A DNA stretch of 64,000 nt, from contig JAHRHZ010000019.1 of assembly GCA_024137785.1 (NCBI GenBank), positions 32,220,019-32,284,018 on the forward strand. Reading direction: 5' to 3'. This document shows positions 1-12,890 of the stretch, in pieces; position 1 is the stretch's first letter; every line of letters begins with the position of its first letter. Origin of the DNA: Ginglymostoma cirratum. Taxonomy: Eukaryota. The notes below the pieces were generated by a model. It was not told where the DNA came from and did no database searches. It saw only the letters and a program-made list of their open reading frames with translations. A program made the translations under genes and the position numbers.

Positions 1-335
1 TGAAATTGAAACATAAGATCCTGAAGGGTAGTGATAGGATAGAAGGAGAGGATGCGTTTTGTCAGAACCTAGAACTGGGGTCACTGTTAAAAAGGGGTCA
101 TCCATTTAAAAGAGAGATGAGGCTTTTTTTGCCTCTCAGGAGGACAGTACTTTTGAAATTCTCTTCCTGGAAAGATAGCACACTCTTTGAATAATTTTAA
201 GGCAGAGGTGGATAGATTATTGGTCAACAAGGAGGAGGAGAAGAAGTGGCTATGTTGATTTGAGGTCACAATACTATCAGCCATGATTTTATTAAAATGG
301 TAGGGTAGACACAAGGGCTAAAGGTCTATTCCTTC
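1..335 (+). mobile_element. CR1 LINE 3' end, decayed
   Basis: Remnant of ETYKILKG.DR...RGH..K...EMR..FF.QR RT C-terminus. Confidence 0.7.
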
Positions 336-812
336 TGTACATTTGGACATTATAAATCAAGGTCAATAGAAACAGTTAATACCTTCTGGGTCCAAAGAGA
401 TTAGCACCAAAGCAACCTAAATTCAATACTGGTCTAACACCACTGTTGCCTTATTCTGGTTTGCACTCTGGCCGTTTGGAGGCTTGTTCAAGGCAGGACA
501 GCAAAGTCATATTGTGACATAATTGCAAAAGTCAGGAAAGTTGACCTTTTGAATTTTTTATAACACACAGAGTCTGAAGATCCTTGATATGCTGTGTAAG
601 TCAGCAGTCGAGAATGTTATTTTAATAGATCAGTTAAATCAACTACATAAAGGTCAGACTTGGAATGCCATGAATGACTTAAGACCCATAAGTCAGCAGT
701 CAATAGCATAGACAGAAAATTGGTTAATTAAAAGTAAGTCCTCTTGTTTGGTTGGCAGCGATTCTAACAAATACGTAAATCCGTTAGCAGGTTCAGGCAG
801 AAACAGAAATGG

Positions 813-1570
813 GACAAAGAACAAAGAATATTATGGCACAGGAACAGGCCCTTCGGTCCTCCAAGCCTGCGCCGATCCAGATCCTCTATCTAAACCTGTT
901 GCCTATTTTCCAAGGATCTGTATCTCTCTGCTCCCTACCCACTCACGTATCTGTCTAGATACAGCTTAAATGATGCTATCGTGCCTGCCTGTACCACCTC
1001 CGCTGGCAACGCGTTCCAGGCACCCACCACTCTCTGCGTAAAGAACTTTCCATGCACATCTCCCTTAAAATTTTCCCCTGTCACCTTGAAATCGTGACCC
1101 CTAGTAATTGAGTCCCCCCACTCTGGGGAAAAAGCTTCTTGCTATCTACCCTGTCTATACCTCTCATGATTTTGTAGACTTCAAATCAGGTCCCCCCTCA
1201 ACCTCAGGTCTTTCTAATGTAAATAATCCTAATCTACTCAACCTCTCTTCATAGCTAGTGCCCTCCATACCAGGCAACATCCTAGTGAACCTCCTCTGCA
1301 CCCTCTCCAAAGCATCCACGTCCTTTTGGCAATGTGGCAACCAGAACCGTACGCAGTATTCCAAATGTGGTCAAACCAAAGTCCTATACAACTGTAACAT
1401 GACCTGCCAACTCTTGTACTCAATACCCCGTCCGATGAATGAAAGCATGCCGTATGCGTCCTTGACCACTCTATTGACGTGCGTTGCCAACTTCAGGGTA
1501 CAACGGACCTGAACACTGTGCATCAGTTTTGCCCAGGGTTTTTCCATTTACCATATAGTTCGCTCTTGAA
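813..1570 (-). mobile_element. CR1 LINE 3' fragment, relatively young
   Basis: EYCVRFWLPHCQKDVDALERVQRRFTRMLPGMEG.SYEERL.RLGLF.LE; microsatellite tail. Confidence 0.9.
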
Positions 1571-2244
1571 TTGGATCTTCAGGATCATTTTTTAATATTT
1601 TCTGTTTTATTTTATTGGGACAAGATGAACTGACTTCCTCCTGAAATTGCAGTCAGGCAACCAATTTACTGACCAACTCATTATTGTAACATTTTTTAAC
1701 ATAATATGGAATGCATGCTCTTCACACACCCCTTTCAGCTAAATCCAGAGAACATGGGAAAATATTATTGAGAATCAAAGTTTTATGGACCCTAAATGGG
1801 CTCAGATGTCCATTTAATTTCAAACATGCAGGATGCCATCAAAAAGTATTTTTATGCTTGCCACTGTGTGTGAAGCCAGAACTACTTGCTGGAGCACAGG
1901 CTTGCAGGATTATCCGGAGCCAAGTGAAAATTCTAATTCAATCCCTGTGACAGATCTACCTTGCCAGGCTGTCTGCTGACACATCAACAATGCCCAAAAT
2001 TACAAGGGCATTCCCGACTCAGGTATCGGAGTACGGATTCAATTCATCCATGAACAAATGTCATTCAGAGCCAAATAAGTCTCAGTGCAGGTCTTACCCA
2101 AGGAGGATAATCTCATGTTATCAGTCAGACAAATGAGGTGACAATGTGAATGATTTGTTTTCAGATGCAAAAGTTTCTTTCCATGGGCAACAGTTTTAAT
2201 TTACAAGGTTCACAGGCACTGTACTTCCTATCTATAAACTGGTT

Positions 2245-2353
2245 TAATCAACCTTTTCAGACATGTTATGATGCACCTTTGGAGCTGGTGAGACTTGAAT
2301 ACAGGCCTTCTGGCTGAGAGATAGGGACATTACCACTGCATGTTAAGAGCCCT
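2245..2353 (-). mobile_element. Short SINE-like repeat (related copy at 60595-60856)
   Basis: Two dispersed similar copies in the window: tcaacc..ttcag.catg...ggtg.gac.t..acaggcct.ctggc..aga. Confidence 0.45.
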
Positions 2354-2444
2354 TTTAAACCAGTTTATACTTGGACAATGCCTTCCTGTTTCTGACTACC
2401 ACTGATTTGATTAACTGATGGTACATTCTCTACCTCTGTTTTAG

Positions 2445-2669
2445 GTGGCAGCGATGGTTGGGATCCAATATTTGCACACAGCTCTGGAGAGCATTGCAAA
2501 TCCTGAAGATCCTGAATGTGAAAGTGAGGGTTGGTTAATGGAGAAAGGTCTGAAGGAAACATTTAAATCTCTGCTGGAAAGTGTTAAAGAGCTAGGTAAG
2601 TTCAATCAAGTAGCGACAGCTGAAGAGGGGAAAAATGAAGATGGCACAACTGTTGCCACAGTCAGCTGA
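2445..2669 (+). CDS. PRPH2: Peripherin-2, last coding exon (end of TM4 and cytoplasmic tail)
   Basis: Pyrimidine-rich acceptor ctctgttttag|GTG, then VAAMVGIQYLHTALESIANPEDPECESEGWLMEKGLKETFKSLLESVKELGKFNQV...*. Matches the recalled PRPH2 tail ([28 protein letters not shown]...LESVKKLGKGNQV). Tail-to-tail with UBR2 as in human. Confidence 0.93.
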   Translation: MAAMVGIQYLHTALESIANPEDPECESEGWLMEKGLKETFKSLLESVKELGKFNQVATAEEGKNEDGTTVATVS

Positions 2670-2737
2670 AGAGACAGAGAAACAACATGCAGGGGGAGGG
2701 CAAGAAACAATTTAGACTATGAAGGAAATGAAAATTG

Positions 2738-2743
2738 AATAAA
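2738..2743 (+). terminator. Candidate PRPH2 poly(A) signal AATAAA (alternative ATTAAA at 3606-3611)
   Basis: Hexamer about 70 nt after the stop codon; actual use unknown. Confidence 0.35.
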
Positions 2744-2833
2744 TGTACAATACAAAACCAGATAAATAATTCCCTTTATTGTATGATATAAAAAGCATGT
2801 ACCCCAAGGACCTTATTTTCCTGTATTTGTACT

Positions 2834-2881
2834 TGTAATCCATTATACTGTGTAATCCATTATACTGTATAATCCATTGTG
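2834..2881. repeat. 17-bp tandem repeat, about 2.7 copies
   Basis: tgtaatccattatactg twice exactly (2834-2867), then degenerate tataatccattgtg. Confidence 0.85.
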
Positions 2882-4110
2882 TGATCCATCACAATATGTA
2901 ATTCATCTATTTACACTATTTAAATTATGTTAAGTTAATTGACAATTTATGCATTATTTGCTTTCATTGCTTTGTACTATATAAAAAGAGATAAATATAA
3001 CCAATGTATTGCTTCTGAATCTGGAAATATGGATTGTGCGACAACAGTACTTATTTAAAACAGTCCTGCCATTTTTAAAGTAGCTCAAATGCTATGTGAA
3101 GTTATATAGTTTGTGTCGTTACAAAATAGTAGCTTCCAAGACAAAAGGGCATTGTTCATGAAGTGAAGAATTTCCATGAATATTTTATGTATTTCAGTAA
3201 CTTCATGTTAGAAATACAAACCACAATCACATAAACGTGACAAATCAACTTTTACACAGAACTAAAAGTATTCTCTATTCAAAGCACAGCTACTAAAACA
3301 GACAACATGGATGGGAAAATTATGAAGGTTAGATCAGATTTCAGAAAATATATGAATTAAACACAGACAATGTGATGTTTCCCAATACTTTCTGAAATCA
3401 GCGTCATAAATATTAGGAGGTTCCTTTGTGGTCTGCAGTTAAATCTGTCAACATGTGTTTACAGCTATTCATTGGATAGGAGGTGCAGTTTACAAAAACA
3501 AATTGACTACACCACAATATATGTACAAGCACGGTCATTTTTTCATGATTTTGTAAAGCAATTACTTCTATTCATATCATATTGAAACTAAACCATGTTT
3601 TGTTCATTAAATGCGATTTTTATAAATAGCCTACTGTCACTGCCAAAATTGTAGTTGTATTTAGGATAGACTCAATGTATTTTAATTAACTACAAGACAT
3701 CAGTTGAAAAATATCTGGGTCATATCAATTCAGGCAGACTGAAAGCTTTCTGTCATATAATGGAATTTGAAACAATTTTATAGGAAGTCTCAAAAGTCCT
3801 TTTGATTATTTGAAACATTTCTGTTAACGTTTGAGATTTAACTGCCTACTGCAGCTTCAAGGATAAAAATCCTAAGTATGCTTAACATCAGTTTATAGGA
3901 TTAACTTCGGTAATTCTTTTCAAAGGAGAGACAACTAATTCAGCACGACATCTAAATACACAGAAATGCGTGATAAATGAGAGGAAAGAAATGATAAGCA
4001 TTGCAACATACGGGACAGTGTACAATTCTCAAGAAAGTAAACCGTTGCCATGAATTACAACTAAAAGTGTCAACTCTCTCCTAATCTTCATTTTACTTTT
4101 CTAAAAAAAT

Positions 4111-4510
4111 GTATTCATTCATGGGATGCGCACATCACTGACAATGCAGTGTTTATTGCCCATTCCCAATTTTCCCAAAAAAAAAAATATGCAGGGGAGT
4201 CTGCTCCTTGATAACCAATGGTTAGCTAGGCCATTGCAGAGACCATCTAAATTCCACCTCCTTTTCTACTGGTCTAAAGTCTCATGGAAGCCAGATAGGC
4301 AGGGATAGAGCAGATTTCCTTCCCCAAAGGACATTAATGTACCAGGAAAGTTTTAAAAAACAATTGTTAGTTACACATTACAAACTTCTTTTCCAAATTT
4401 ATTTAAGAGGCTGAATTTAAATTCCTTAACTGTCGTGATGGTATTGGAACTCCTGAATCCAGCTCATTACTCCAAATGTCTGGATTAATAATCCAGTACC
4501 ACAGCCACTG
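4111..4510 (-). mobile_element. Degenerate tRNA-derived SINE (DeuSINE/SacSINE1-like); head fragments also near 31610-31760 and 38790-38905
   Basis: Tail gggcaataaa..catcccatgaatgaat shared with local LINE 3' ends; tRNA-like head. Confidence 0.55.
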
Positions 4511-6895
4511 CTTCAAACAAAAAAACTCAGAAATTCTTCATAATCTATCAAAAAACACTTGTATCGGCAGAGCATCCTAAACAGAAATTAAGTGTCACAG
4601 GATACTTTATATAAGAAACAGATGGAACAGGATGGAAGAAACAGCAATGAGGAGAATACATTCTGAGCAAACTTTCAAAGACAAAAAGTGAAACAATAAA
4701 GCAAAAAAAGAGTGAGTCAGTTACAGTGAGGGACCTGCATTTCTGAAAGCTCTGTCACCAACGAGGGATGTTAGAAGGAAAAACAGAATACATAACTGGT
4801 CAAAATCCCCATGTCTTCTAACTGAGGGTATGACCATCTATGTCCAAGTACCTTTCCCTGATGAAACTGTTATCTATGCTTTTGCTGCTGCACAACTCAA
4901 CTTTCTTCACCAGCATCCAAACTCTATCGTGACACATTGTACCTTGCAGAAAAATCTAAGCTGACACTAAATTTACTTGATGTTCACTGCTGTTATCTCT
5001 AACTTCTTGAATCACTGAATTCAAAATTCTCGTGCAATTTTACGAATGTCTTCATGGGCTTGCCTCACGTTATTTCTACAATGTCTTTCATGCCGTGTGG
5101 TGAACTAGGATATCAAATTCAGTGCAACAAGTAGAAGCCATTGGAAACTGTAGATAGCAGCAGTGAATGACAAGTAGACAGTGTGGGTAAGTTTGTGTAG
5201 TGATGACCTCTGGATGCTGGTAAGAAAGCTGTGATGCCACAAAAGTATAGATAAAGGTTTGAACAGAAGGTGATACTCAGTCTTGGTGATGGATGGATCT
5301 ATCTTCAATTAGAGGAATGGAACAGCCCAGGACATGACTCTTTTCATAATACTACATTTTATATAATCCTGAATCAATTGAGGCAATAGGCACAGATTGG
5401 TGCTATGAATGCCTCCTCATTTCTTCAAATGTTCCTTCTCATAACAAGGAACTCTTATGGTGAAGCTCCAATGAAATACTGATAGGTGCCAGCTACAAAC
5501 ACTTATCTTAGATTTCTTGGATACAAGGCAAAAGCTACAGTATTTGCTTTTATGCTTTTCACAGTTTCTTTTTGATGATGTTGAATCCTTGACAGAATAC
5601 TGTTAACAGTGAACAGTGTTGTGTTTTATCAAATTGTTAATTTGGACACAGGAACAGATTTTAAGAGGGTTGAAAAGCTCAGTGTTAATATGCAATCCTT
5701 CTCGAAAAAAACAAACATACATAAATTATAACATTTTTGATTTGGAAATTAGCTCCCTTCATATCTGCACATGACTACAAATTGTGAACAAACTTGCGTC
5801 AAAGATTCATAAACAGGGCCATTCTAAAAATGAGATGAACCTATGCTTCCAGCAGAGTGGCTTGTTCCTAGTTCTTCAAATCTCAGCACTTACTTTGAAC
5901 TACATTTACATTTGCGTTGCACAAGTGCTTTCCCATGTCTTCACATGAGTGGGATCAGTAAGTGCTGCTAATTTTACAGTGAAGACAGGGAGACACCACT
6001 ATATAAAAGAAAATGGATGGAAGGCAAGAGAGCTGCAAATTTGTATTTAAATGCTGACACTTAAACTTTGTTTCCCCAAATGCAGTGATTGCATATGCAT
6101 GAACAAACTTGGCCTACATACTAACAACCTGGCAAATCAGCTTTGAATTAAATAGATAGAGTGAGGAAAATGGTGTTATTGTTAAGTGAACATCTAGCTT
6201 CATTAGCATAGATGTACGAAGCAGTAACATTTTATGGGAATCTATTGTTTGATCTAGATTGAAGAACAATTCCTTCAGGTAACTCAGTCAACATTTCTGC
6301 TGTAAAACTGAGACACAACTGATTATATTGAAAATAACAAGAAAATATACCAAGAACAAGGGACAGATTAATTTATTCTAAATCTGGACTTTCCACATAT
6401 GAATTCATTTAAAAGAGTATTAGCAAACTGAAAACAGTCAATATTTGAAAATAGCTTTTGTTTCCCATTGGCTAGAATAATCTCAACTGTAACCATGGTT
6501 AAGTGCAATGTTAAATCAATTTTTCTAAACAGCATTTTGTCAACACAAAGTAAGTGACTTGTGGTATTAGCATTTTCCTTAAAATAAAACTGTTTATAAC
6601 ATTTATTCTGAGCCCAAATTTATAATACTGCTAAATAACTGTTCAACAATGAACACCAGAAAGTGCAGGATGGTGAAGTGAGTAGATGGAAATACCCAAG
6701 AATGGTTCATCCTACCAGGGTTATTCATGGTAATGCAAAGGCAACAAACTCTGACAAGTTTCCCTTCATGTAAACTAACTCATACTATAATGCTTTCAAT
6801 TGGAGATCATAGGATCTCTCTCTGCAACTTGCAACAAACTAAGAGAGCTCTTTGATCCATTTTTCTTGTCACACAAAAGAACAATGCTGAAGTAA

Positions 6896-7114
6896 GAGAC
6901 AACAGTGTGGAGCTGGAGGAACACAGCAGGCCAGGACGCATCTGAGGAGCAGGAAAGCTGACGTTTTGGGTCGGGATTTTGGGTTCAGATTTCTGAAGAA
7001 GGGTCCTGACCCGAAACGTCAGCTTTCCTGCTCCTCAGATGCGTCCTGGCCTGCTGTGTTCCTCCAGCTCCACACTGCGCTGTCTCTGATCCCAGCATCG
7101 GCAGTTCTATCTCT
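6896..7114 (+). mobile_element. Fold-back Penelope-like (PLE) terminal-repeat element, copy 1
   Basis: Perfect 64-bp inverted arms 6903-6966/7014-7077, one-sided ~30-nt tail, 14-bp direct repeat caatgctgaagtaa at 6882-6895 and 7115-7128. Confidence 0.8.
6989..7024 (+). ncRNA. Putative minimal type I hammerhead ribozyme
   Basis: CTGAAGA-A-GGGT(CCTG)ACCC-GAAAC-GTC: core boxes, stem II and GUC triplet intact; stem I very weak. Confidence 0.6.
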
Positions 7115-8419
7115 CAATGCTGAAGTAACACCTTTCTCATATACACTACAGCACAAGATAGAATTGTGCAATTTTTGTAATATTAAGAAGGACCTCACCA
7201 TAATTGTTCATGACCAATCCTTTTAATCGATAACTGGTAACTTGAAAACTATAGTTATTCAGTATCTTTTGTCTATCTATTTAAGTCAACAGAAAAAAGC
7301 CACTAAACTTTAAACAGCTTTAACACTTCTCTGTATTACTGTTTTGAAAATACTAGCCAGTGAATGATGTATAAAACTATTGTACTACAAGTAAATAGAA
7401 CATATTCTATGATTTAACAAAAACTACTGTGGTTATTTCATCTCAGAACAGGAACACCCACGGAAACAACAACGGGCAAATGGAATAATGGAAGCAAAAG
7501 AAGCTTCATAATTTCCTACATTTCTTCCTCCTGTAGATTGCATTTATAACAAACAGGATGCAACAATACTTGAGCTCTCCCCCTGCTGAAGAGAATTTGT
7601 GCTAAAGGACTCCATGGAAGCAACAGCCCTTAGATACTTAGTGTGATTGGCCATTTTTGAGTGTGAACTTGATTCTTAGGTAGATCAATTCCATAACTGA
7701 CAAAGTTGCAGTCAAACTTTACTCTATTCACAGTGGCAATCACAAACCTTCCAGCAGAGGCAAATAAAGAAGGATCATGTGAAAATAGTCTTTTTTTCCC
7801 AAGCTATGAAGCAAAAACATTGAGAATAACTGCAGCAGACTTCTTCCATTGCAGTCGAGGGGCGAAACTCAAGGCAGCTTGGAAAGTGCAACTAAAATCA
7901 TGTTACACATGCAGGAACTGTCAAAATTACATTTGATGAAACAAATCAAAGTGCATTTGTACAAACACAAAAGCAGATAAATTTATAGTAAATCTAACTA
8001 CCTACAGTGCAGGTTTGTGTCTCCAACTGAGAAAATATTTGGAAAGGCCAAGGTCAACATCGCCTAAATATTCAAAACTGCAAAAGTTAATCTACAGAAT
8101 GGACGAAGTAAATACATTTAAACAAAAACCAGCTGAGAATAAATCTTCTAATTAAGATTTATTAACACAACATAAACTTATGCTTATCATAAACTAATTC
8201 AAAGTAACTTATTCAATATTATACAGTATTTCATTAATGCCAGCGAATTTTCATTTATTTTTTGCATCTTTTCAACTGTCTTGAAATGTTACTTCAAGGC
8301 GGAGTAAATAGGATTATATGCTAAGAAAATAATCATCTTACATTTCAAAATATCATTTAAAACTGCAACTGCAAGCTATGCCAGAATTATAGAAATACAG
8401 TAAGCTCATGACTTGACAG

Positions 8420-8862
8420 TTTGACAGATCTGGGCCACTCAAGGACAAGAGACCGCAGGTGATGTGGAAAAACTAAAAGGTACTTGAGGCTATTCTCCTT
8501 AAAGCAGGGAAAATTAAGGGGAGTTATGACAGACAGAAAAATTATGAATGCTTTTTTGATGGAAAGATGGCAATGTTTTCCAACAGGTGGAGGGTAACTA
8601 AAGGACACTGATTTTCGAGAACTGGCAAAGATCCGCAGGAGAGGTGATTATTTTGTAAATACATGGCTATAATCTAGAGTGTACTGTTAATAAAAAAAAA
8701 ACTGGAGAAAACAGATTTAACAGTAATTTCCAATAGGTCATGTACTTACAGAGGAAAAAGTTGCAGTACCATAGGCAAAAAACATGGAGTAGACAAACTG
8801 AACTTTACTTTCTCATAACTGGCACAGGCAGGATGGGTTAAATGCCCCCTTTCTGGCCTGTA
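8420..8862 (+). mobile_element. CR1 LINE 3' end, highly decayed
   Basis: LxLFSL..GKLRG-like remnant and 3' terminal motif. Confidence 0.5.
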
Positions 8863-9599
8863 AGTAAAGCTTGAAATAATTTAAACATTCATGCACAGGT
8901 TACAACACAAACATCTGAGCATAACGGTATTGCCCGAAAAAAGGTGAAATATAATATTTTCCTTAACTTAATTTTAGTATAGTTTCTCTGATTAATTGGA
9001 CAAATGCAAAATTGAATTGCTACAGCAATTTTGGAAACTGTGTCGGATGATAAATCTAAGATTCTGTTCTCTCAATGACCAAGAGAAATACACACCATAC
9101 CGGAAGTGACAATTCTAAATTACCTCGGCAAGATTGTTTGTTCTATTTGGCTTCAGTGACCCTGTAATGGAAAAGGAGGGATAAAATCCAAGCCACAAGC
9201 ATTTTATAGCTATCTAGCATGATTCTCAGCTAAGGATAGAATCTGAAGCTGACTGTATGACTCTTGACATCGTTCACAGTCAATAGAAACGGGTCTCAGT
9301 ACGAGTCACAGATGGTACACGAAATGAGATAGGTGTAGAAGAATTTTGAAAAGTAACTAAGGGTTTATTTCAATTATCTGCAAAACAAAGTCCTGCCATT
9401 CAGGTTTTCATCATTTACAAATTTGTTTATCCACACAAAACATTGTGTACACAATTTCACATGTCCTTTGCTGGCTTCAGAAACAAAAAACAGAAAACCT
9501 TTGAGAAACCATCAAGGAATGAAAAAAAGCTTTGAAATGAATGTGTTAAAAAAAAACTAAAAATGAGAAGATGTCTATGAAATATGGTACCCTTGGCTT

Positions 9600-9772
9600 G
9601 GGGGTTGGTTACCTAAATTAGCTAGACTGCTGGTTTCCAATGCAGAATGATGGCAACAGCATGGGGCCTGCACCAACAATGGTTACCACAAAGGACTCTC
9701 CTTCTTAACTTATCAGAGTTTAAGTGACCCTCAGGTTAAACGACTACCAGTCGTCTTTTGAGGGTTATGGCA
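9600..9772 (+). mobile_element. Degenerate tRNA-derived SINE
   Basis: Decayed A-box-like head and gtgaccctcaggttaaac body; family recalled, not verified. Confidence 0.4.
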
Positions 9773-10334
9773 ATTCCCTGGACTAGAACATGTGCATGGC
9801 TTGATCATGATCTGCATCTGGAGTGTTTAAAATGTGTGTTCTTGTTATGATCATCACATTCTAGAGAACCTTATAATGAGGCAAGTGTGAGAAATTTTAC
9901 GCATTTCTTATTTTACTAAGCCTTTTAGCTTACAGGACATTATATGCATTTAAACATTGCTGTTATTGATTCACATTTTCTACTATATACACACACACAC
10001 ACATATAAAGTATATAAGTCAAATATTTTGGATGGTTGGAACCTAGACAATTGATTCTCCTTATAAAATATATTCACCATTTGCGAATTCATAACGAGGT
10101 TTCCCAAAGCAATTCCTGCAAAAAGCAGGTCTTTACAGCATACTTGATTTATCTCAGTCTAACGTGTATAGCATAAAACCTAGCGGTGAAAGCTTTAAAA
10201 TTGAACAGCAAATAATTGGATGTTAAATGATCACCTCATTATTTTGAAAAATACTGACAAGTACTACAATTTAAAGGTTTCAGTCATAAAATGTATTTGA
10301 AGCAATAATTACTCAAAATTATAGACAGATTATT

Positions 10335-11440
10335 TTATTATTTGTTCATGAGATGTGGGCATTGTTGGTTAAGCCAAAATAATTGACTATCCCTAATTTT
10401 CCTTGTGAAGCTGATGAGCTGCCTTCTTGAACTGATGAAATCCTCGAGTAAAGATATGTCCAGAGTGTTGAAGGGAGGTCTAGCAATTTGATCCACGGAG
10501 GAGCAACAATATAGTTTCAAATCAGGATGATGTGCAGCTTGGGGGAGATCGTGGAGGTGGTCATGTGCCAATGCACCTGCTACTTTTATCCTTCCATATG
10601 CAAGAGGTTGGAGGTTTGGAAGGTGCTGTTGGAAGAGCCATATCACAGTGCAACTTGCAGATGTTACACATTGCCGCCACTGCGCAACAGTGCTGAGGGA
10701 ATGAATGTTCAAAGTGCTGGGAGGGGTGCCACTCAAGCAGACTGTCTTTCCTGGATGATATTGAGCTTCCTTGAGAGTTGTTGGAATGGCACCCACTCAA
10801 GTGAATCACAACATTCCTTCCCTATGCCTTGTAGATAGTGGACAGACTTTGGGGAGACAGGTAGCAAGCTACTCGCTTCAGAATTCTTGGTCTCCAACCT
10901 ACCAATGTAGCCATAATATTTACAAGTCTGATGCAATTCAAATCTTGTTCAATGGTAATCTCCAGGATGTTGATTGCAAGGGATTCAATGATGTCAAGGT
11001 CAGATATGGCCTTAATTTGGTAGTTGTCTCTGTGGCATGAACGTTATCTGACAATTACCAGCCCACATCTGGGATACTGTCCAACCTTGCAGACAGACAA
11101 AGGCTGCTTCATTATCTGAAGAATCATGAACGTAGCTGAGCTTTCATAGCCAGTGAACATCCCCACGTGACCTTATGATGGGGACAATCATTAATAAAGA
11201 GCTGAAATGGTTGGGCTTATGATGCTGCCCCAAGAAACGTGTGGGACTGAGACGATTGATCTTCAATAACCACAACCATATTCCTTTGTACTAGGTATGG
11301 CTTCAGCCAACAAAAGATTTTGCCCAATTGATTGATTTATTGTCACATGTACCAAAGTACAGTGATAAGCTTTGTTTACGAGCAGTAGAGGCAGATCATA
11401 GGAAGTAAAGAGGTTCGTTGAAGCCATACTCAGTCAAATG
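10335..11440 (-). mobile_element. CR1/L2-superfamily LINE 3' fragment
   Basis: Reverse complement of the same family seen at 19640-21120, 27830-29222 and 53880-54575. Confidence 0.7.
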
Positions 11441-11449
11441 CCATCATTC

Positions 11450-12150
11450 CATCTACAATAAAGGCCGACATTCCACTTGCCTTCCCTATTAACCGCTGAA
11501 TTTGGATGCTCGACTTGGTGATTCACGGATGAGGTCTCCCAAGTCTCTGTTCTGTAATTTTCTGCAATCTTTCTCCATTTAAATAATATTCAGCACTTTT
11601 CAATCCCGCCAAAGGACATAATCTCATTTTCTCACATTATTATCCAATTGCGAAGTTTTTGTCCACTTGCATAACTTATCTAAATCCCTCTGGAGGCTCT
11701 GTCATTCTTACCACACGCCTTCCTGCTATTTTTGTGATATCCACAAACCTGGAAATAGCACATGGACTTTCTTCATACAAGTCATTTTTACACATTGCAA
11801 TAATTATGGCCCCAGCAGTGATCCCTGTGGCACTTCAACAGTGACAGGATGCCATGCTGAGAAAAGCCCGCCCCCCTTCATCCTTCCTATTAGTTAGCCC
11901 ATTTAGCCATGCGTTCTTCAACACCATGGGATCTTCTCTTATTGAGTAGCCTAATGTATATGGTACCTATCAAACACCTTCTGAAAATCTAAACATATTA
12001 CATCCTCTACTTCCTCTTTTTCTGCTACTTAACACTACCACAAGGAATTCTAGTAGATCGGTCAGGCATTATTTACCCTTCACAAAGTTATGCTGGCTCT
12101 GCTTCACCATATTATGTAGCTCTAAATGCTCTATCATTACATCCATTTCT
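11450..12150 (-). mobile_element. CR1 RT fragment
   Basis: Decayed YLDFQK.FD.VP and VPQGS.LGP motifs on minus. Confidence 0.7.
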
Positions 12151-12369
12151 TCAAACAAACTTTGCCACCAGACCTCCCACTAATTCTTGCCCAGAACCTC
12201 ATTATCTTGGATACACAATTGTGCACATATGTTGCATTCTTCTCTGTTCTGATTGAAAACATTAACTTTGTTTCTCACTCCTCAGATGCTGCCAGATGAG
12301 TATTTTCAACACATTGAGTTTTTGGGGTTTTTTTTGCCTCCTTGCTGGCAGCCTTCTGATTCACATTCT

Positions 12370-12890
12370 GCAGTGATTTATCTGGAGTACTGCATCCAGT
12401 GCTGGGTGTCGAACTTCTGGGAAAGTATGATGGCCTTGAAGAAGATGCAGCACAGATTCATAAGAACATGGGGTTAAATATGCAAAATCATTTGCAAAAG
12501 GTGGCTTGCATTCCCTTGGCTTACAAAGTTGTGTGATTATGCATGTGAGGCGGTTATTAATCACAGGGTTTAACATGAATAAAGGATTCAATCTTGTAGA
12601 TGGAGAAATGATTTCCTTTGGTGAAGGAAAGATCTGGAACATCTAAACAATCTCAAAACTAGAGTTGGGGCTATTGGAGAATGAAATTGGTAATTATGCT
12701 TTCCACAGAAAAGCTGATAGAAACCTAGAAATTTCTCAAATCAAGAGGCTGTGGACACCAGGTCTGAATTGTTGGTTAAGGATATCAAGGGATATGGTAA
12801 ATTACAACTTCAGTTCAGCTACAGATCACAAATTAATTGAATCTTCACACAGACTTGATGGTCTGAATGACCTACTCCTGTTCCCGTAGA
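12370..12890 (+). mobile_element. CR1 3' fragment
   Basis: LEYCIQCW...ALKKMQHRF. Confidence 0.7.

Noticed and set aside
10338-11040. Cluster of overlapping ORFs
   Set aside because: Within a decayed LINE 3' region
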